NCBI GenBank assembly: GCA_965112635.1
Contig: OZ218778.1
Coordinates: forward strand, 288,001-352,000
DNA length: 64,000 nt
Direction: 5' to 3'
Source: an uncultured bacterium
GTDB lineage: Bacteria > Oederibacteriota > Oederibacteriia > Oederibacteriales > Oederibacteriaceae
Positions 20,197-29,687 of the stretch are shown here, one piece after another (the first letter of the stretch is position 1; every line of letters begins with the position of its first letter). The translations under genes and the position numbers were made by a program. The notes beneath the pieces are model-generated. The model ran no database searches. It saw only the letters and a program-made list of their open reading frames with translations, and was not told the DNA's origin.

Positions 20197-20520
20197 CTAT
20201 TTGCTTTTAAATTGGCAAAAATCACTCAGGACCTGTTGTCTATCGCGTTCAAATTGTCTTATAAAACAACCTGTTTTTGAAAGCAGTAGCACCAAACCCT
20301 CCATCTGCAGTACATTCTTACCGCACAAAGTTTGCTGTGCTGATATGATGCCGTTCGGGTCTATCTTGACCTTGCCTTCTTTGGCCAGCCACCCCAAAAC
20401 AATGAGCAGGCTGACCATATCAATAGGCATGGTTTCCCGTAGTTCCACAATGCTAAGAGAACCTTTGCGTTCAACGGTTTCCCAAACTTTTTCCGCATTC
20501 ATTTCAATGACATTATCCAC
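20197..20520 (-). CDS. Small winged-helix protein (DUF2582-like)
   Basis: NAEKVWETV...LGWLAKEGKV pattern; GGAGG SD upstream. Confidence 0.7.
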   Translation of the reverse strand: MDNVIEMNAEKVWETVERKGSLSIVELRETMPIDMVSLLIVLGWLAKEGKVKIDPNGIISAQQTLCGKNVLQMEGLVLLLSKTGCFIRQFERDRQQVLSDFCQFKSK

Positions 20521-20582
20521 TTTACATACCTCCCTCTTACAGGATTGACTTTACGAGTTCTCACACAGTGATGCTTGTCGCT

Positions 20583-20608
20583 TTTGTACCAATTTGTACC
20601 AATTTGTA
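20583..20608. promoter_or_regulatory. Triple 10-bp direct repeat (TACA-N6-TACA on the minus strand), candidate OmpR-family binding site
   Basis: TTTGTACCAA TTTGTACCAA TTTGTA in the divergent promoter region; a near-identical copy lies at 27079-27104. Confidence 0.7.
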
Positions 20609-20698
20609 GTAAAAAGCTCTTTCCCTGCTTGGCTGTGTTAAAATTTTTACAACAGTAAACAGCAAGGCAATCATGTTTTATCCCTGAGGAGAAATGAT

Positions 20699-21409
20699 AT
20701 GGCCATTCAAATTTTAGTGATCGACGACGACCAGGAATTGGGCAAACTGCTCAAAAATTATCTGGCCAAGTTCGGGATGAAGGTCACTTACGCCAGCCAT
20801 CCGGACCAGGGCCTGGCCCTGCTCAAGGAGCACCATCCCTCCCTGGTGATCCTGGACCTGATGCTCCCCGGCAAAGACGGATTTGAGGTCTGCAAAGAGG
20901 TAAGGAAACTTGGAGATACACCCATCATCATGCTGACTGCCCGCGGAGATGTGGCTGACCGCGTCGTGGGCTTAGAAATCGGAGCTGACGATTATGTCCC
21001 CAAACCTTTTGAGCCAAGGGAACTGGTGGCCCGGATCCAGGCCGTGCTTAAAAGGACCGACACGGGCCACAAAAACCATGGAAAAGGCGGCATCCTCAGC
21101 TCCGGGCAACTAACTGTAGATATAGAAAAACGGACGGCCCGGCTGGGCGCCAAGCCCCTTGCCCTGACCACCACGGAATTTGACATCCTGGCGTTGTTCA
21201 TGAAAAATCCCGGGGCCACCATCGATCGCGACAAAATAATGGAATATACCCGCGGAGTGGATGTGGAAGCTTTTAACCGTTCCGTGGACCTGTCGGTAAG
21301 CCGCCTGCGCCACAAGCTCGGCGATTCAGCCGAGAACCAAAAATACATCAAGACCATCTGGGGTTCGGGATATATGTTTTTGGGAGAGGTAAAACATCGT
21401 GCTTCCTAG
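20699..21409 (+). CDS. OmpR-family response regulator
   Basis: REC (ILDLMLPGKDG, GADDYVPKPFEPRELVARI) plus winged HTH (RSVDLSVSRLRHKL, KTIWGSGY). Confidence 0.96.
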   Translation: MAIQILVIDDDQELGKLLKNYLAKFGMKVTYASHPDQGLALLKEHHPSLVILDLMLPGKDGFEVCKEVRKLGDTPIIMLTARGDVADRVVGLEIGADDYVPKPFEPRELVARIQAVLKRTDTGHKNHGKGGILSSGQLTVDIEKRTARLGAKPLALTTTEFDILALFMKNPGATIDRDKIMEYTRGVDVEAFNRSVDLSVSRLRHKLGDSAENQKYIKTIWGSGYMFLGEVKHRAS

Positions 21410-22724
21410 CAAACTTTTATCCATCAGAAAGCCCCTTTCCTTCAAACTCTTCCTTGTTTTCCTGGTCACCAGTCTTGCTCTCGTTTCCATATTCGCGGCT
21501 TTTCTAATTTCTCTGCACGCTCCCAATCCTTCCGCCCACCAAACCATGCATAAAAACCTGCTTTACCTGTACAACAACCTGGTCGACCGCATCGGCAACC
21601 CGCCAAACCTCAGCAGAGCCCAGGAAGTGCACGAACAGTTGGGCGTAGAGATCAAAATAGAAGGGCCCCAGGGAACCTGGTCCTCCACTCCGCTCCCGGC
21701 CATCGCGGATTATGAACAATACGACAGAAAAGAATTTCCTGATGTTATGGCAGGCCGCAGAGAAAAAAGTTTTTTCATGATCTTGAGCCGCGGCCAGACC
21801 CGTTACCTCTTTACGGTTCCGGGTGATCCCATGTTCTCCATCCCTGTCTGGAAAATGCTGGTTATTCCGGGGCTGATCCTTTTTATCCTTTTTTTAAGTT
21901 ACCTCACCATTAAATGGATCCTGGACCCCATGAATTTCCTTTTAAGCGGGGTCAAAGAGCTCACCTCCGGCAACCTGAATTACCGGATCAATGTGAAGGA
22001 CCGGGATGAGTTCAAGGACCTGGCCCAGGCGTTTAATCAGATGAGCGATAAAATTAACGAAATGATCCGCGCCAAAGACCGCCTGCTGGTGGATGTAAGC
22101 CACGAACTCAGGAGCCCCCTGTCCCGGATGAAGCTGGCCCTGGAGATGATGCCGAAGTCCGCGAACCGGAAAACCGCCGGACGGGCCGTGGCGGAAATGG
22201 AAACCATGGTCAAGGAATTGCTCGAGACCGAAAGGCTCAAGAGCAATTTTGGGATTCTATCCAAGTCCAAAGTCAACCTGGTCTCCCTGGTCCGCGAAGT
22301 GGCCGGGAACTACAAAGACACCAAGCCCGGAGTGGAGATCCGCCTCAAAGAACCCTTTCCCATTTTGGAGGTGGACGAAGCCAGGATACGGACAGTCCTC
22401 ACCAATGTGATCGAGAATGCCCTGAAGTATTCCCAGGAACAGTCCAGGCCGGTGAAGATCGATTTTCATGGTAAGGTGGGCATCTCGCCGCGTATCACCA
22501 TCAAGGATTTTGGGGATGGCATTGCCCAAGAGGATATCCCGTTGGTCTTTGAGCCGTTTTACCGTGCGGATAAATCCAGGAATAAAAAGACCGGGGGTTA
22601 CGGACTGGGATTGAGCCTGTGCCGGGAGATCATGGCTAGCCATGGAGGCAACATCACCCTGCGTAGTGAACCGGGCCAGGGAACTGAAGTGGAGCTGGTC
22701 TTCCCAGCTCCAGCGGGAAAATGA
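21399..22724 (+). CDS. HAMP sensor histidine kinase (CpxA/RstB-like)
   Basis: Two TM helices, HAMP, DVSHELRSPL, GGYGLGLS; overlaps the regulator stop. Confidence 0.95.
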   Translation: MLPSKLLSIRKPLSFKLFLVFLVTSLALVSIFAAFLISLHAPNPSAHQTMHKNLLYLYNNLVDRIGNPPNLSRAQEVHEQLGVEIKIEGPQGTWSSTPLPAIADYEQYDRKEFPDVMAGRREKSFFMILSRGQTRYLFTVPGDPMFSIPVWKMLVIPGLILFILFLSYLTIKWILDPMNFLLSGVKELTSGNLNYRINVKDRDEFKDLAQAFNQMSDKINEMIRAKDRLLVDVSHELRSPLSRMKLALEMMPKSANRKTAGRAVAEMETMVKELLETERLKSNFGILSKSKVNLVSLVREVAGNYKDTKPGVEIRLKEPFPILEVDEARIRTVLTNVIENALKYSQEQSRPVKIDFHGKVGISPRITIKDFGDGIAQEDIPLVFEPFYRADKSRNKKTGGYGLGLSLCREIMASHGGNITLRSEPGQGTEVELVFPAPAGK

Positions 22725-22731
22725 ACTGAGC

Positions 22732-24249
22732 TTACAAGCGACCCACATGCGGGGCGGACGCGACATTGATCGTTGAATTTTCATGCAGGAAAACGATATA
22801 TTTTGCACTCTCCCCGACCTTCTTAACGGATGCACTGGCAATATAGAGGTCTTTCCCTTTCTGCACCACAAGAAATCCCGTAAAATGGCGTTCTGCCAGG
22901 ACCTTTTGAGCTGCCCCCTGGACCTGGTGCACCCGTAACCCTTTGATCACTTCCGCGTAAAAGACCGCGGAAGGGGTGGGGTCTTCCAGAAAAGTAATAT
23001 CCCTGACGGTTTTCGTTGTATCCAGGTTCAGGATCAGGACATAGAACGGGTCGGTGATGACGGATTGCTCAGCTTTCCAGAGGATCCGCCCTTCTGCCCC
23101 CACAACTACCAGCAGAAAAATAGATAACACGACGGCCCTGATTTTCAGGAAAGAACCATTTTGCTCTGTTATCTTTTCCCATCCCCACTCCAAGAACCGG
23201 GCCATCAAAACGCAGGCCGCTGGAAAAAGCGGAAAAATGTACCAGTAGCACCGGGTAGGCGACAGGGAGAACGCTGTCAGGGGAACAACCACCCAGCACA
23301 ACACCAGCAAGGTGATGGGGACAAGGCGGAACCTTTCCAGCCGTATGGCCCGCCAAAGCGGCTGGAAAAATAACAGGAGGAACAGGAGGGCCCACCCTGT
23401 CCACGGCATGAGCCCTGTGAACAGATACTCCAGGTAATAACCCAGCCATTCCCTGTGGCCCTCGATCGTCACCGTGGCCCGGGACAAAAATCCCTGATAC
23501 AGCATATTGCTCAGGAAAGCGCTCCCGTCTGTCTGGTAGCGGACCAGGCCCCAGCCCATGACCGGCAGGAGCATGGCTGCGACAAACCATACCCATAGGC
23601 TAGGCTGAACAACGCGGTACTTTTTGGTCAGGCCTAGATAGGCACCCCAGAGGATCAGTAACTCCAGGGCATGAAAACTTTTCATGAGGAAGGCCAGGGT
23701 GACCACAAAACCGGCCAGGATGAACCAAACCGGCCTCATCTTCATCCGGCTGACGAGGCTAACGAACAGGACCGCCAAAAAAGTGAGACCCGCGTCCAAA
23801 TTAGCTGATCGGCCTCCATGGTTAAAAAGGAACAAGTATGACGTGGCGAAAAAGAACGTGGAAAGCAGGGCAACGCGGTTGCCGTACCATTGACGGACTA
23901 TGAACAAAAGGAGCAGGACCGTCAAAAGCGTAAATAAAGCCGAGGGTAGTTTGGCAGCTAAAATTGTCGGCCCCAGCAGTTTGAACGAAAGAGCAATGAT
24001 CCAAAATCCCAGCAGCGGCTTCAGGTTCGACAGGTCCGTATGCCCCATCCAGGTATTACGGATGAAGTCGCCTGATTTAACCATTTCCCAGGCCGAAACA
24101 CCGTAACGCGATGCGTCAAAATCCTCCACATCGCTCCGGTACAGGTTCCAAAAGACATTGATTACGGCTAGAAATACGATACATCCAGCCAACCAGTAGA
24201 ATAATTTTCTATTCAACGGCTTCAAATTCTTCTCCTCGGAAGCCAACAT
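22732..24249 (-). CDS. ArnT/PMT-family (GT-C) membrane glycosyltransferase
   Basis: D-x-x-R-Y motif (FDASRYG), KPLLGFW, RSANLD, FLMKS, LMPW, YIFPLFPA; many TM helices. Confidence 0.85.
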   Translation of the reverse strand: MLASEEKNLKPLNRKLFYWLAGCIVFLAVINVFWNLYRSDVEDFDASRYGVSAWEMVKSGDFIRNTWMGHTDLSNLKPLLGFWIIALSFKLLGPTILAAKLPSALFTLLTVLLLLFIVRQWYGNRVALLSTFFFATSYLFLFNHGGRSANLDAGLTFLAVLFVSLVSRMKMRPVWFILAGFVVTLAFLMKSFHALELLILWGAYLGLTKKYRVVQPSLWVWFVAAMLLPVMGWGLVRYQTDGSAFLSNMLYQGFLSRATVTIEGHREWLGYYLEYLFTGLMPWTGWALLFLLLFFQPLWRAIRLERFRLVPITLLVLCWVVVPLTAFSLSPTRCYWYIFPLFPAACVLMARFLEWGWEKITEQNGSFLKIRAVVLSIFLLVVVGAEGRILWKAEQSVITDPFYVLILNLDTTKTVRDITFLEDPTPSAVFYAEVIKGLRVHQVQGAAQKVLAERHFTGFLVVQKGKDLYIASASVKKVGESAKYIVFLHENSTINVASAPHVGRL

Positions 24250-24269
24250 AATTTTAGGGAATTATACGC

Positions 24270-25061
24270 TTAACTCCCTTTCTGCTTCCATCTCCCAAAT
24301 TTCTTGCTTGCAGTCCCATGAACATCAATATTGGCACTGAATTCCATAGTCACTGGAATTTTATCAAGCAATAACTTCATTACTGGAACTATCAACATAT
24401 TAAACCTAATTTCTTGATAATGCTCCTTGCTATCATTTCTCATTTCTAATTCCCCCAATGTTTGCTTCTCACCTTTGAAGATAACTTTTTGGTCTGGGAT
24501 ACCTTCCCTGCTGGTTGAATTTTCCACATTGAATGAGTCACCCATGACTCCGATTACATCGGTATTTCTAAAAACATGAAACTTACTACCGTGAAGAACA
24601 GTTAAATAATCAACTTCACCACCATTAAAAATTGACTTTCCAAGAAATGCCCTGAGCAAAGCTTTACGTTGTAAGCGGTCTTTAATCTCTTTCATAGGCG
24701 TTCTAAGCCGTTCTTTTGCCGCCTTGGGGTTACTCTTATATTCAGAATATGATGGAGGAAAAGCGTCAATACAGTGTACAAGTAAAGTACCAATACCATT
24801 TAACGCTTGAAAACCATCATCTTCCAAAAATCTTGTTCTGGTATACAAGAATATCTGCCATTTTTTCATCCCGCTTTTTACTGAATGGGCATCACCAGAC
24901 GGATCAATTACATCTTTTTTTGCTTTTTTGTCATTCTGGTAGTCTTCGGGCATCCCAATCGCTAACGCAAAGTTCTTTGCATTATCGTGTCCAGCCTGTC
25001 TATATGCCTTAGCGTCTTCCGATGAAGACCCGTGAGTCTTTGTCAAGATGGCTCCTTCCAA
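24270..25061 (-). CDS. Putative type II restriction endonuclease
   Basis: Overlaps the MTase 3' end; KKD...SVK motif resembles PD-(D/E)xK variants; 263 aa. Assignment is mainly from context. Confidence 0.6.
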   Translation of the reverse strand: MEGAILTKTHGSSSEDAKAYRQAGHDNAKNFALAIGMPEDYQNDKKAKKDVIDPSGDAHSVKSGMKKWQIFLYTRTRFLEDDGFQALNGIGTLLVHCIDAFPPSYSEYKSNPKAAKERLRTPMKEIKDRLQRKALLRAFLGKSIFNGGEVDYLTVLHGSKFHVFRNTDVIGVMGDSFNVENSTSREGIPDQKVIFKGEKQTLGELEMRNDSKEHYQEIRFNMLIVPVMKLLLDKIPVTMEFSANIDVHGTASKKFGRWKQKGS

Positions 25062-26038
25062 ATAAGAAGTTCGTGAGATTTCTTTACATGACTTCCATTG
25101 TTATCATTGATTCTATTTTCTCCAATTCTGACATCACCCTGTCCAAATGTATACTGCCACTTGGGACTGGACAGTTTAAAATCCTTGTACCATGTTCTAA
25201 TAGTTTTACAGTCATTGTATGACAATACAAAACCACCCTTGTGAGATTTCAGCATATCCCTTAAAATTTCGTGTTTGAATCCAACATGATGAATTGGGAA
25301 ATTTCTGTGCGGATACATGCCAACGAACATCTTCCCATCTTCTAAAAAGTAAGGTGGATCGCAGTAAAGAAAATCTTTAGGATAATTAGGAATAATTCTT
25401 TCAAAGCTGGCACACCTTACATCTAATTTTGGAACTACAAAATCCCGTGATTTTTCAATCATTTTTTTATACCGCTTTGGATTTAAATAAACATCAGAAG
25501 GCCAACCCAAAAAGTGAGGGCCATAAGAAGTATTTGAATTAAAGTAATAATATGATGCCAAGTCATAAGCCGATAGAGCTTTTCCTTCCTTCCAGTGCTG
25601 TCTAAGTCTTTCTTTTACCTCTTTAAATGTTGTCCTGGTTGGTTTAAATGCAAGCATGTGTTTGTATAAAATATCAGGATGTTTTACCTGAACTTTCCAA
25701 TAGTTACACAAAATATCAAAAACATCATAAGCTATTACTTTTAATCCCAATTCTCTTGCACACGCTATTTCAACTGCACCACCACCCATAAAGGGCGATA
25801 TGAGTCTTTTAATATTATTGGGAAACTTTTCGATTACAAAACCAACAGCTAAACTTTTTCCCCCTGCATACCTCAAAGGAGACCCAACATATCTTTTATA
25901 ATGTAATTTTTCTCCTTTAAGTGAATTTAGGAAATTTTCCTTCTGTGTTTGAAAGTCAGATTTAGTAGCTACGGCATTCGGTTTGTAACCTAAAACTATA
26001 TCTGTAAATCTATTTAGACTTAATATTGACTCATTCAT
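25043..26038 (-). CDS. DNA adenine methyltransferase (Dam/D12 class)
   Basis: LRYAGGKS, SPFMGGGAV (motif I), YCDPPY (motif IV), FVLSYND. Confidence 0.93.
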   Translation of the reverse strand: MNESILSLNRFTDIVLGYKPNAVATKSDFQTQKENFLNSLKGEKLHYKRYVGSPLRYAGGKSLAVGFVIEKFPNNIKRLISPFMGGGAVEIACARELGLKVIAYDVFDILCNYWKVQVKHPDILYKHMLAFKPTRTTFKEVKERLRQHWKEGKALSAYDLASYYYFNSNTSYGPHFLGWPSDVYLNPKRYKKMIEKSRDFVVPKLDVRCASFERIIPNYPKDFLYCDPPYFLEDGKMFVGMYPHRNFPIHHVGFKHEILRDMLKSHKGGFVLSYNDCKTIRTWYKDFKLSSPKWQYTFGQGDVRIGENRINDNNGSHVKKSHELLIWKEPS

Positions 26039-26961
26039 ACCGTCAGCTCCTTGTAAGTGATTCTATGACCAACGGTTGCTTTTGCCAAACTCGATAACCT
26101 ATCTAATGTATGCCGTTCCACATTGCCGTCATTAAGTCTAAATGTGAATTCGTTTACGTAGCGGTTAAGATGTTTCTTGCTTGCATGATGGTAAACGCCA
26201 TGCAGACCACGTTTAAGAACAGCCCAAACACTTTCAATGCTGTTTGTGTTTACATTGCCCCTGCCGTATTCTTTTGCTCCGTGATTTACTGATTCATGCT
26301 TGTATGATTTTTCAATTCCGTTATAACCCTTCCATTCGTCTGTATGGAGCATTGACCCTGCTTTAACATGCTCTTTGATTTCAGCATGCAGGGTTTGTGA
26401 ACCAGTATCACTGATTGACTTGGCAAAAGTATTGCCGCCACGTTGACGCATACCCATTACAGCCGTTTTCCCCACGCTACCCCTTCCAGCGTGAAGTTTT
26501 TTACCTGAATGTTTGTTGTTCTCTTTACCGCCTACGAATGTTTCATCAATTTCTACAATGTCCCTCAATGATTCAATGTGATTACCGCAAGCCTCTCTTA
26601 GTCGTTGCAACATAAACCAAGTCGTTGCTTGGCGTATTCCTATTTCTTTAGAAAGTTGCAGGCTAGATATGCCCTTACGGGAAGTCAAAAGAAGATACAT
26701 AGCATAGAGCCATTTATGAAGCGGTACATGAGAGCGTCCAAAAATAGTATTTGTTCTCACTGTAAAATCCTCCTGGCAGATATTACAGCGATAATAGCCA
26801 CCCTTGCGAGTGGTAATGCTTTTATTCTTATTACCTCTACCACAAGTAGGGCATTTAACACCTTTCGGCCACAAACGACCTTCAAAATATTCACGAGCCG
26901 ATTCTTGGTCAGGAAACATTTTAAAAAGCTCAAAGGTACTTACTGTTAGATTATCTTCCAT
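26035..26961 (-). CDS. IS1595-family DDE transposase
   Basis: Zn ribbon CPTC..CNIC, RKGISSLQL HTH, VEIDET, HTDEW, NTNSIESVW, KHLNRYVNEFTFRLN. Confidence 0.95.
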   Translation of the reverse strand: MEDNLTVSTFELFKMFPDQESAREYFEGRLWPKGVKCPTCGRGNKNKSITTRKGGYYRCNICQEDFTVRTNTIFGRSHVPLHKWLYAMYLLLTSRKGISSLQLSKEIGIRQATTWFMLQRLREACGNHIESLRDIVEIDETFVGGKENNKHSGKKLHAGRGSVGKTAVMGMRQRGGNTFAKSISDTGSQTLHAEIKEHVKAGSMLHTDEWKGYNGIEKSYKHESVNHGAKEYGRGNVNTNSIESVWAVLKRGLHGVYHHASKKHLNRYVNEFTFRLNDGNVERHTLDRLSSLAKATVGHRITYKELTV

Positions 26962-26993
26962 GACTACCTCCCTTTAATATTTGTTATACTGTA

Positions 26994-27022
26994 ATAGTAG
27001 CAAAACTAGTCAAGGGAGTCAA
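26994..27022 (-). promoter_or_regulatory. Sigma70-like promoter for the IS operon; its -35 lies inside the TIR
   Basis: TTGACT-N17-TACTAT with an extended TGn; GGGAGG SD before ATG 26961. Confidence 0.65.
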
Positions 27023-27078
27023 GCGTATAATTCCCTAATTTTAATAATACGTAAAAATGCTAAAAAATGATTTTCAAA

Positions 27079-27104
27079 TTTGTACCATTTTGTATCAATT
27101 TGTA
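27079..27104. promoter_or_regulatory. Second copy of the triple TTTGTA direct repeat
   Basis: TTTGTACCAT TTTGTATCAA TTTGTA, 24/26 identical to 20583-20608. Confidence 0.7.
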
Positions 27105-27357
27105 ATTAATAAACATTTGGCATTCCTAATATAGGAACAAATTGCGGCTAAATTTAATTTCACCCTTTACGGATGGAAAGAGCTTTAATTGGGAAGGAAT
27201 AAAGGGGTTAATTGGATTTGATCATGACCAATAAAATCTTAAACTTCGATCGCCTTTATTAATATGCGTTCCTCTTCGAAGGCAATCGCGTCACTCTTTA
27301 TAGTCCCCGAATGGGGGAAACAGTTCGTTTGACAGAGGCAGGGGGAATTGGGTTTTA

Positions 27358-27723
27358 TTACGCCTTAATCATCACTAACATCATTTTAAATCTCTGTATC
27401 GCCATGACCGAATGAGATTTTTTGGCGGGCAAAATGATGACATTTCCTTTTTTAAGTCTGAAAGGCTTGCCGTCGACCTTGACTTCGCAAGAGCCTTCGA
27501 CCACTTGCAGTACCGCATCAAACGGGGCCTGGTGCGTGCTCAGACCTTGTCCAGAATCAAAAGCAAAAAGCGTGATGGTGCCGGCCTTTTTTCTTATCAA
27601 CTCACTGCTGACCACGGCTCCTGGCTGATAATTGATCAAGCGTGCTGGTTCCAACACTTTGGCGAAAAGACCGGTATTTTGATTCCCCACGCGTTTATTA
27701 GTCATATCTGCTCCTGTGAACAA
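27358..27723 (-). CDS. Cupin-domain protein (true start probably MTNKR at 27705)
   Basis: TLFAFDSGQGLSTHQAPFDA, HSVMA, FKMMLVMIK. Confidence 0.88.
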   Translation of the reverse strand: MFTGADMTNKRVGNQNTGLFAKVLEPARLINYQPGAVVSSELIRKKAGTITLFAFDSGQGLSTHQAPFDAVLQVVEGSCEVKVDGKPFRLKKGNVIILPAKKSHSVMAIQRFKMMLVMIKA

Positions 27724-27753
27724 AAAGAGCAGGGCTTTTAGACCCTGCTCTTT
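27724..27753 (-). terminator. Rho-independent terminator after trpB2
   Basis: AAAGAGCAGGG/CCCTGCTCTTT stem followed by a T-run on the minus strand. Confidence 0.75.
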
Positions 27754-27772
27754 ATTGTTCTTATTTGCTCGT

Positions 27773-29161
27773 TTACTTGGTTGCTTTGGGTTGTTTCGGC
27801 TTGGGTAGGTTTTTTAGGACTTCCAGAGAAGTCGCCAAGTCTTCTTCGGACATTGAGTAATCGGACAGCTCTCCGGCCATATATTTTTCATAACCTAGCA
27901 GGTCCATCAAACCGTGGCCGCTGTAATTGAATAGAATGACCTTTTCCCTGCCCTCTTCTTTGGCCCGCTTGGCCTCGTCGATCACGCAGGCAATGGCATG
28001 GCTGGTTTCCGGGGCACAAATAGTGCCCTCGGTCTGCGACCAAAGCATGGCTGCCTCATAACATTTAAGCTGGTCGTAAGCTCTGGGGCTGACCAGTCCG
28101 TCGTTGATACATGCGCTGACCAATGGCGCTACCCCGTGATACCGCAGGCCCCCCGCATGGATGGAAGGCGGGATAAAGGCATGCCCCAGCGAATGCATAG
28201 GCAGAAGCGGAGTCATCTTGGCCGTATCTCCATGGTCATAAACAAAAGGCGCGCGGGTCATGGTCGGGCAGGCGGTAGGCTCCACGGGATAGATCAGGAT
28301 CTTCTCGCCGTTGATCTTGTCCTGAACAAAAGGAAACGCGATGCCCGCGAAATTGCTCCCTCCCCCAACACAGCCAATGACGATATCCGGCTTCTTGATT
28401 CCGGCCATGGCCAGCTGTTTCTTGGCTTCCAAACCGATGATGGTCTGGTGGAGCAGGACGTGATTAAGGACGCTTCCCAAGGAATAACGGGCTTTGCCTT
28501 CTTTATCGGTGACAGCTTCTTCAATAGCTTCGCTGATAGCGATCCCCAGGCTGCCTGAGGTGTCCGGCATCTTCTTGAGGATCTCTCTGCCGGCATGGGT
28601 CTCCTTGCTGGGACTGGCCACGCATTTGGCGCCCCAGAGGGCCATCATGGTCTTGCGGAACGGCTTCTGTTCAAAACTGACCCTGACCATGAACACTTTG
28701 CACTCCAGGCCAACTAGCTTGCAGGCAAACGCCAACGCGCTGCCCCACTGGCCGGCTCCGGTTTCGGTCACGAGTTTTTTGATCCCGAACTTCTTGTTAT
28801 ACCAGGCCTGGACCACGGCCGTGTTGGGCTTGTGGCTTCCAGCCGGGCTAACGCTCTCATCTTTATAAAAAATCTTGGCCGGCGTCTTTAAATATTCCTC
28901 TAAATAGACCGCGCGCCTTAAAGGAGTAGGCCTCCACCTGACCAGGATATCCAGTATCTCTTCGGGGATATCGATCCAGCGCTGCTGGCTGACTTCCTGT
29001 TCGATCAAATTCATAGGGAACACGGGAGCCAGCATCTCCGGGCCGACCGGTTTGCCGTCAGGACCCAAAGGAGGCTGCATAGGCGTCGGCAGGTCTGCAG
29101 CAATGTTGTACCACTGTTTGGGCATCTCTGATTCTTTTAAGATATATTTGACCTCTTTCAT
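27773..29161 (-). CDS. trpB2: TrpB2 (TrpB-like PLP enzyme)
   Basis: SPAGSHKPNTA, TETGAGQWGSAL, GGGSNFAG, IHAGGLRYHG, SGHG; no trpA nearby. Confidence 0.93.
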   Translation of the reverse strand: MKEVKYILKESEMPKQWYNIAADLPTPMQPPLGPDGKPVGPEMLAPVFPMNLIEQEVSQQRWIDIPEEILDILVRWRPTPLRRAVYLEEYLKTPAKIFYKDESVSPAGSHKPNTAVVQAWYNKKFGIKKLVTETGAGQWGSALAFACKLVGLECKVFMVRVSFEQKPFRKTMMALWGAKCVASPSKETHAGREILKKMPDTSGSLGIAISEAIEEAVTDKEGKARYSLGSVLNHVLLHQTIIGLEAKKQLAMAGIKKPDIVIGCVGGGSNFAGIAFPFVQDKINGEKILIYPVEPTACPTMTRAPFVYDHGDTAKMTPLLPMHSLGHAFIPPSIHAGGLRYHGVAPLVSACINDGLVSPRAYDQLKCYEAAMLWSQTEGTICAPETSHAIACVIDEAKRAKEEGREKVILFNYSGHGLMDLLGYEKYMAGELSDYSMSEEDLATSLEVLKNLPKPKQPKATK

Positions 29162-29252
29162 AGAACCTCCTTTAGCCTTTTTTGGAAAAACCTCAAATAC
29201 TATAGGGCAAACCAGCCCAAAGCGTCAAGCGAAGTCAAAAGATAAAAACAAA

Positions 29253-29282
29253 AGACCCCTCTTCGTTTCCAAAGAGGGGTCT
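29253..29282 (-). terminator. Rho-independent terminator
   Basis: AGACCCCTCTT/AAGAGGGGTCT stem followed by TTTGTTTTT on the minus strand. Confidence 0.75.
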
Positions 29283-29303
29283 AAAATTAAGGAAAAAACG
29301 CTG

Positions 29304-29579
29304 CTACCTAATGTTCAAAACCGAGTTTTCTGAACCTATATCGTTCCAAACTCTCTCTGTGGCTGGATCAATGTGCCACGTGCCATCCACGATGTACTTA
29401 TACTCATATCTTCCGGGTGCCAGATCAACCTCTGCGGTCCAGTAACCGCCTTTGTCCTTCATCGCGATACCGGCCTTATCCCAACCATTGAAGCTCCCGC
29501 AAACCTTGATCTGTTTTGCCCCTTTCCAGTGGAGGACAAAAGTGTGCTTCACGACTTTTTTCTTTTTATCCAGCGCCAT
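29304..29579 (-). CDS. Stand-alone glycogen-binding (CBM48/AMPK-beta-like) domain protein
   Basis: GSFNGW, LAPGRYEYKYIVDGTW, DP, NSVL. Confidence 0.88.
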   Translation of the reverse strand: MALDKKKKVVKHTFVLHWKGAKQIKVCGSFNGWDKAGIAMKDKGGYWTAEVDLAPGRYEYKYIVDGTWHIDPATERVWNDIGSENSVLNIR

Positions 29580-29687
29580 TCTCCCTCACCACCTTTCGAC
29601 CTCTAGCTCTTATTGGGCGAGAGGCTCCCATCACCTTAACTTTAATTATATACCCGCCCAAAAAAAATACATTTTATATTTTCGGCA

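Larger units (their letters stand above)
24257..27035 (-). mobile_element. IS1595-family transporter IS carrying a methyltransferase and a putative endonuclease
   Basis: 24-bp TIRs at 24257-24280 and 27012-27035 (1 mismatch); 8-bp TSD TAATTTTA at 24249-24256 and 27036-27043; visibly lower GC than flanks. Confidence 0.95.
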
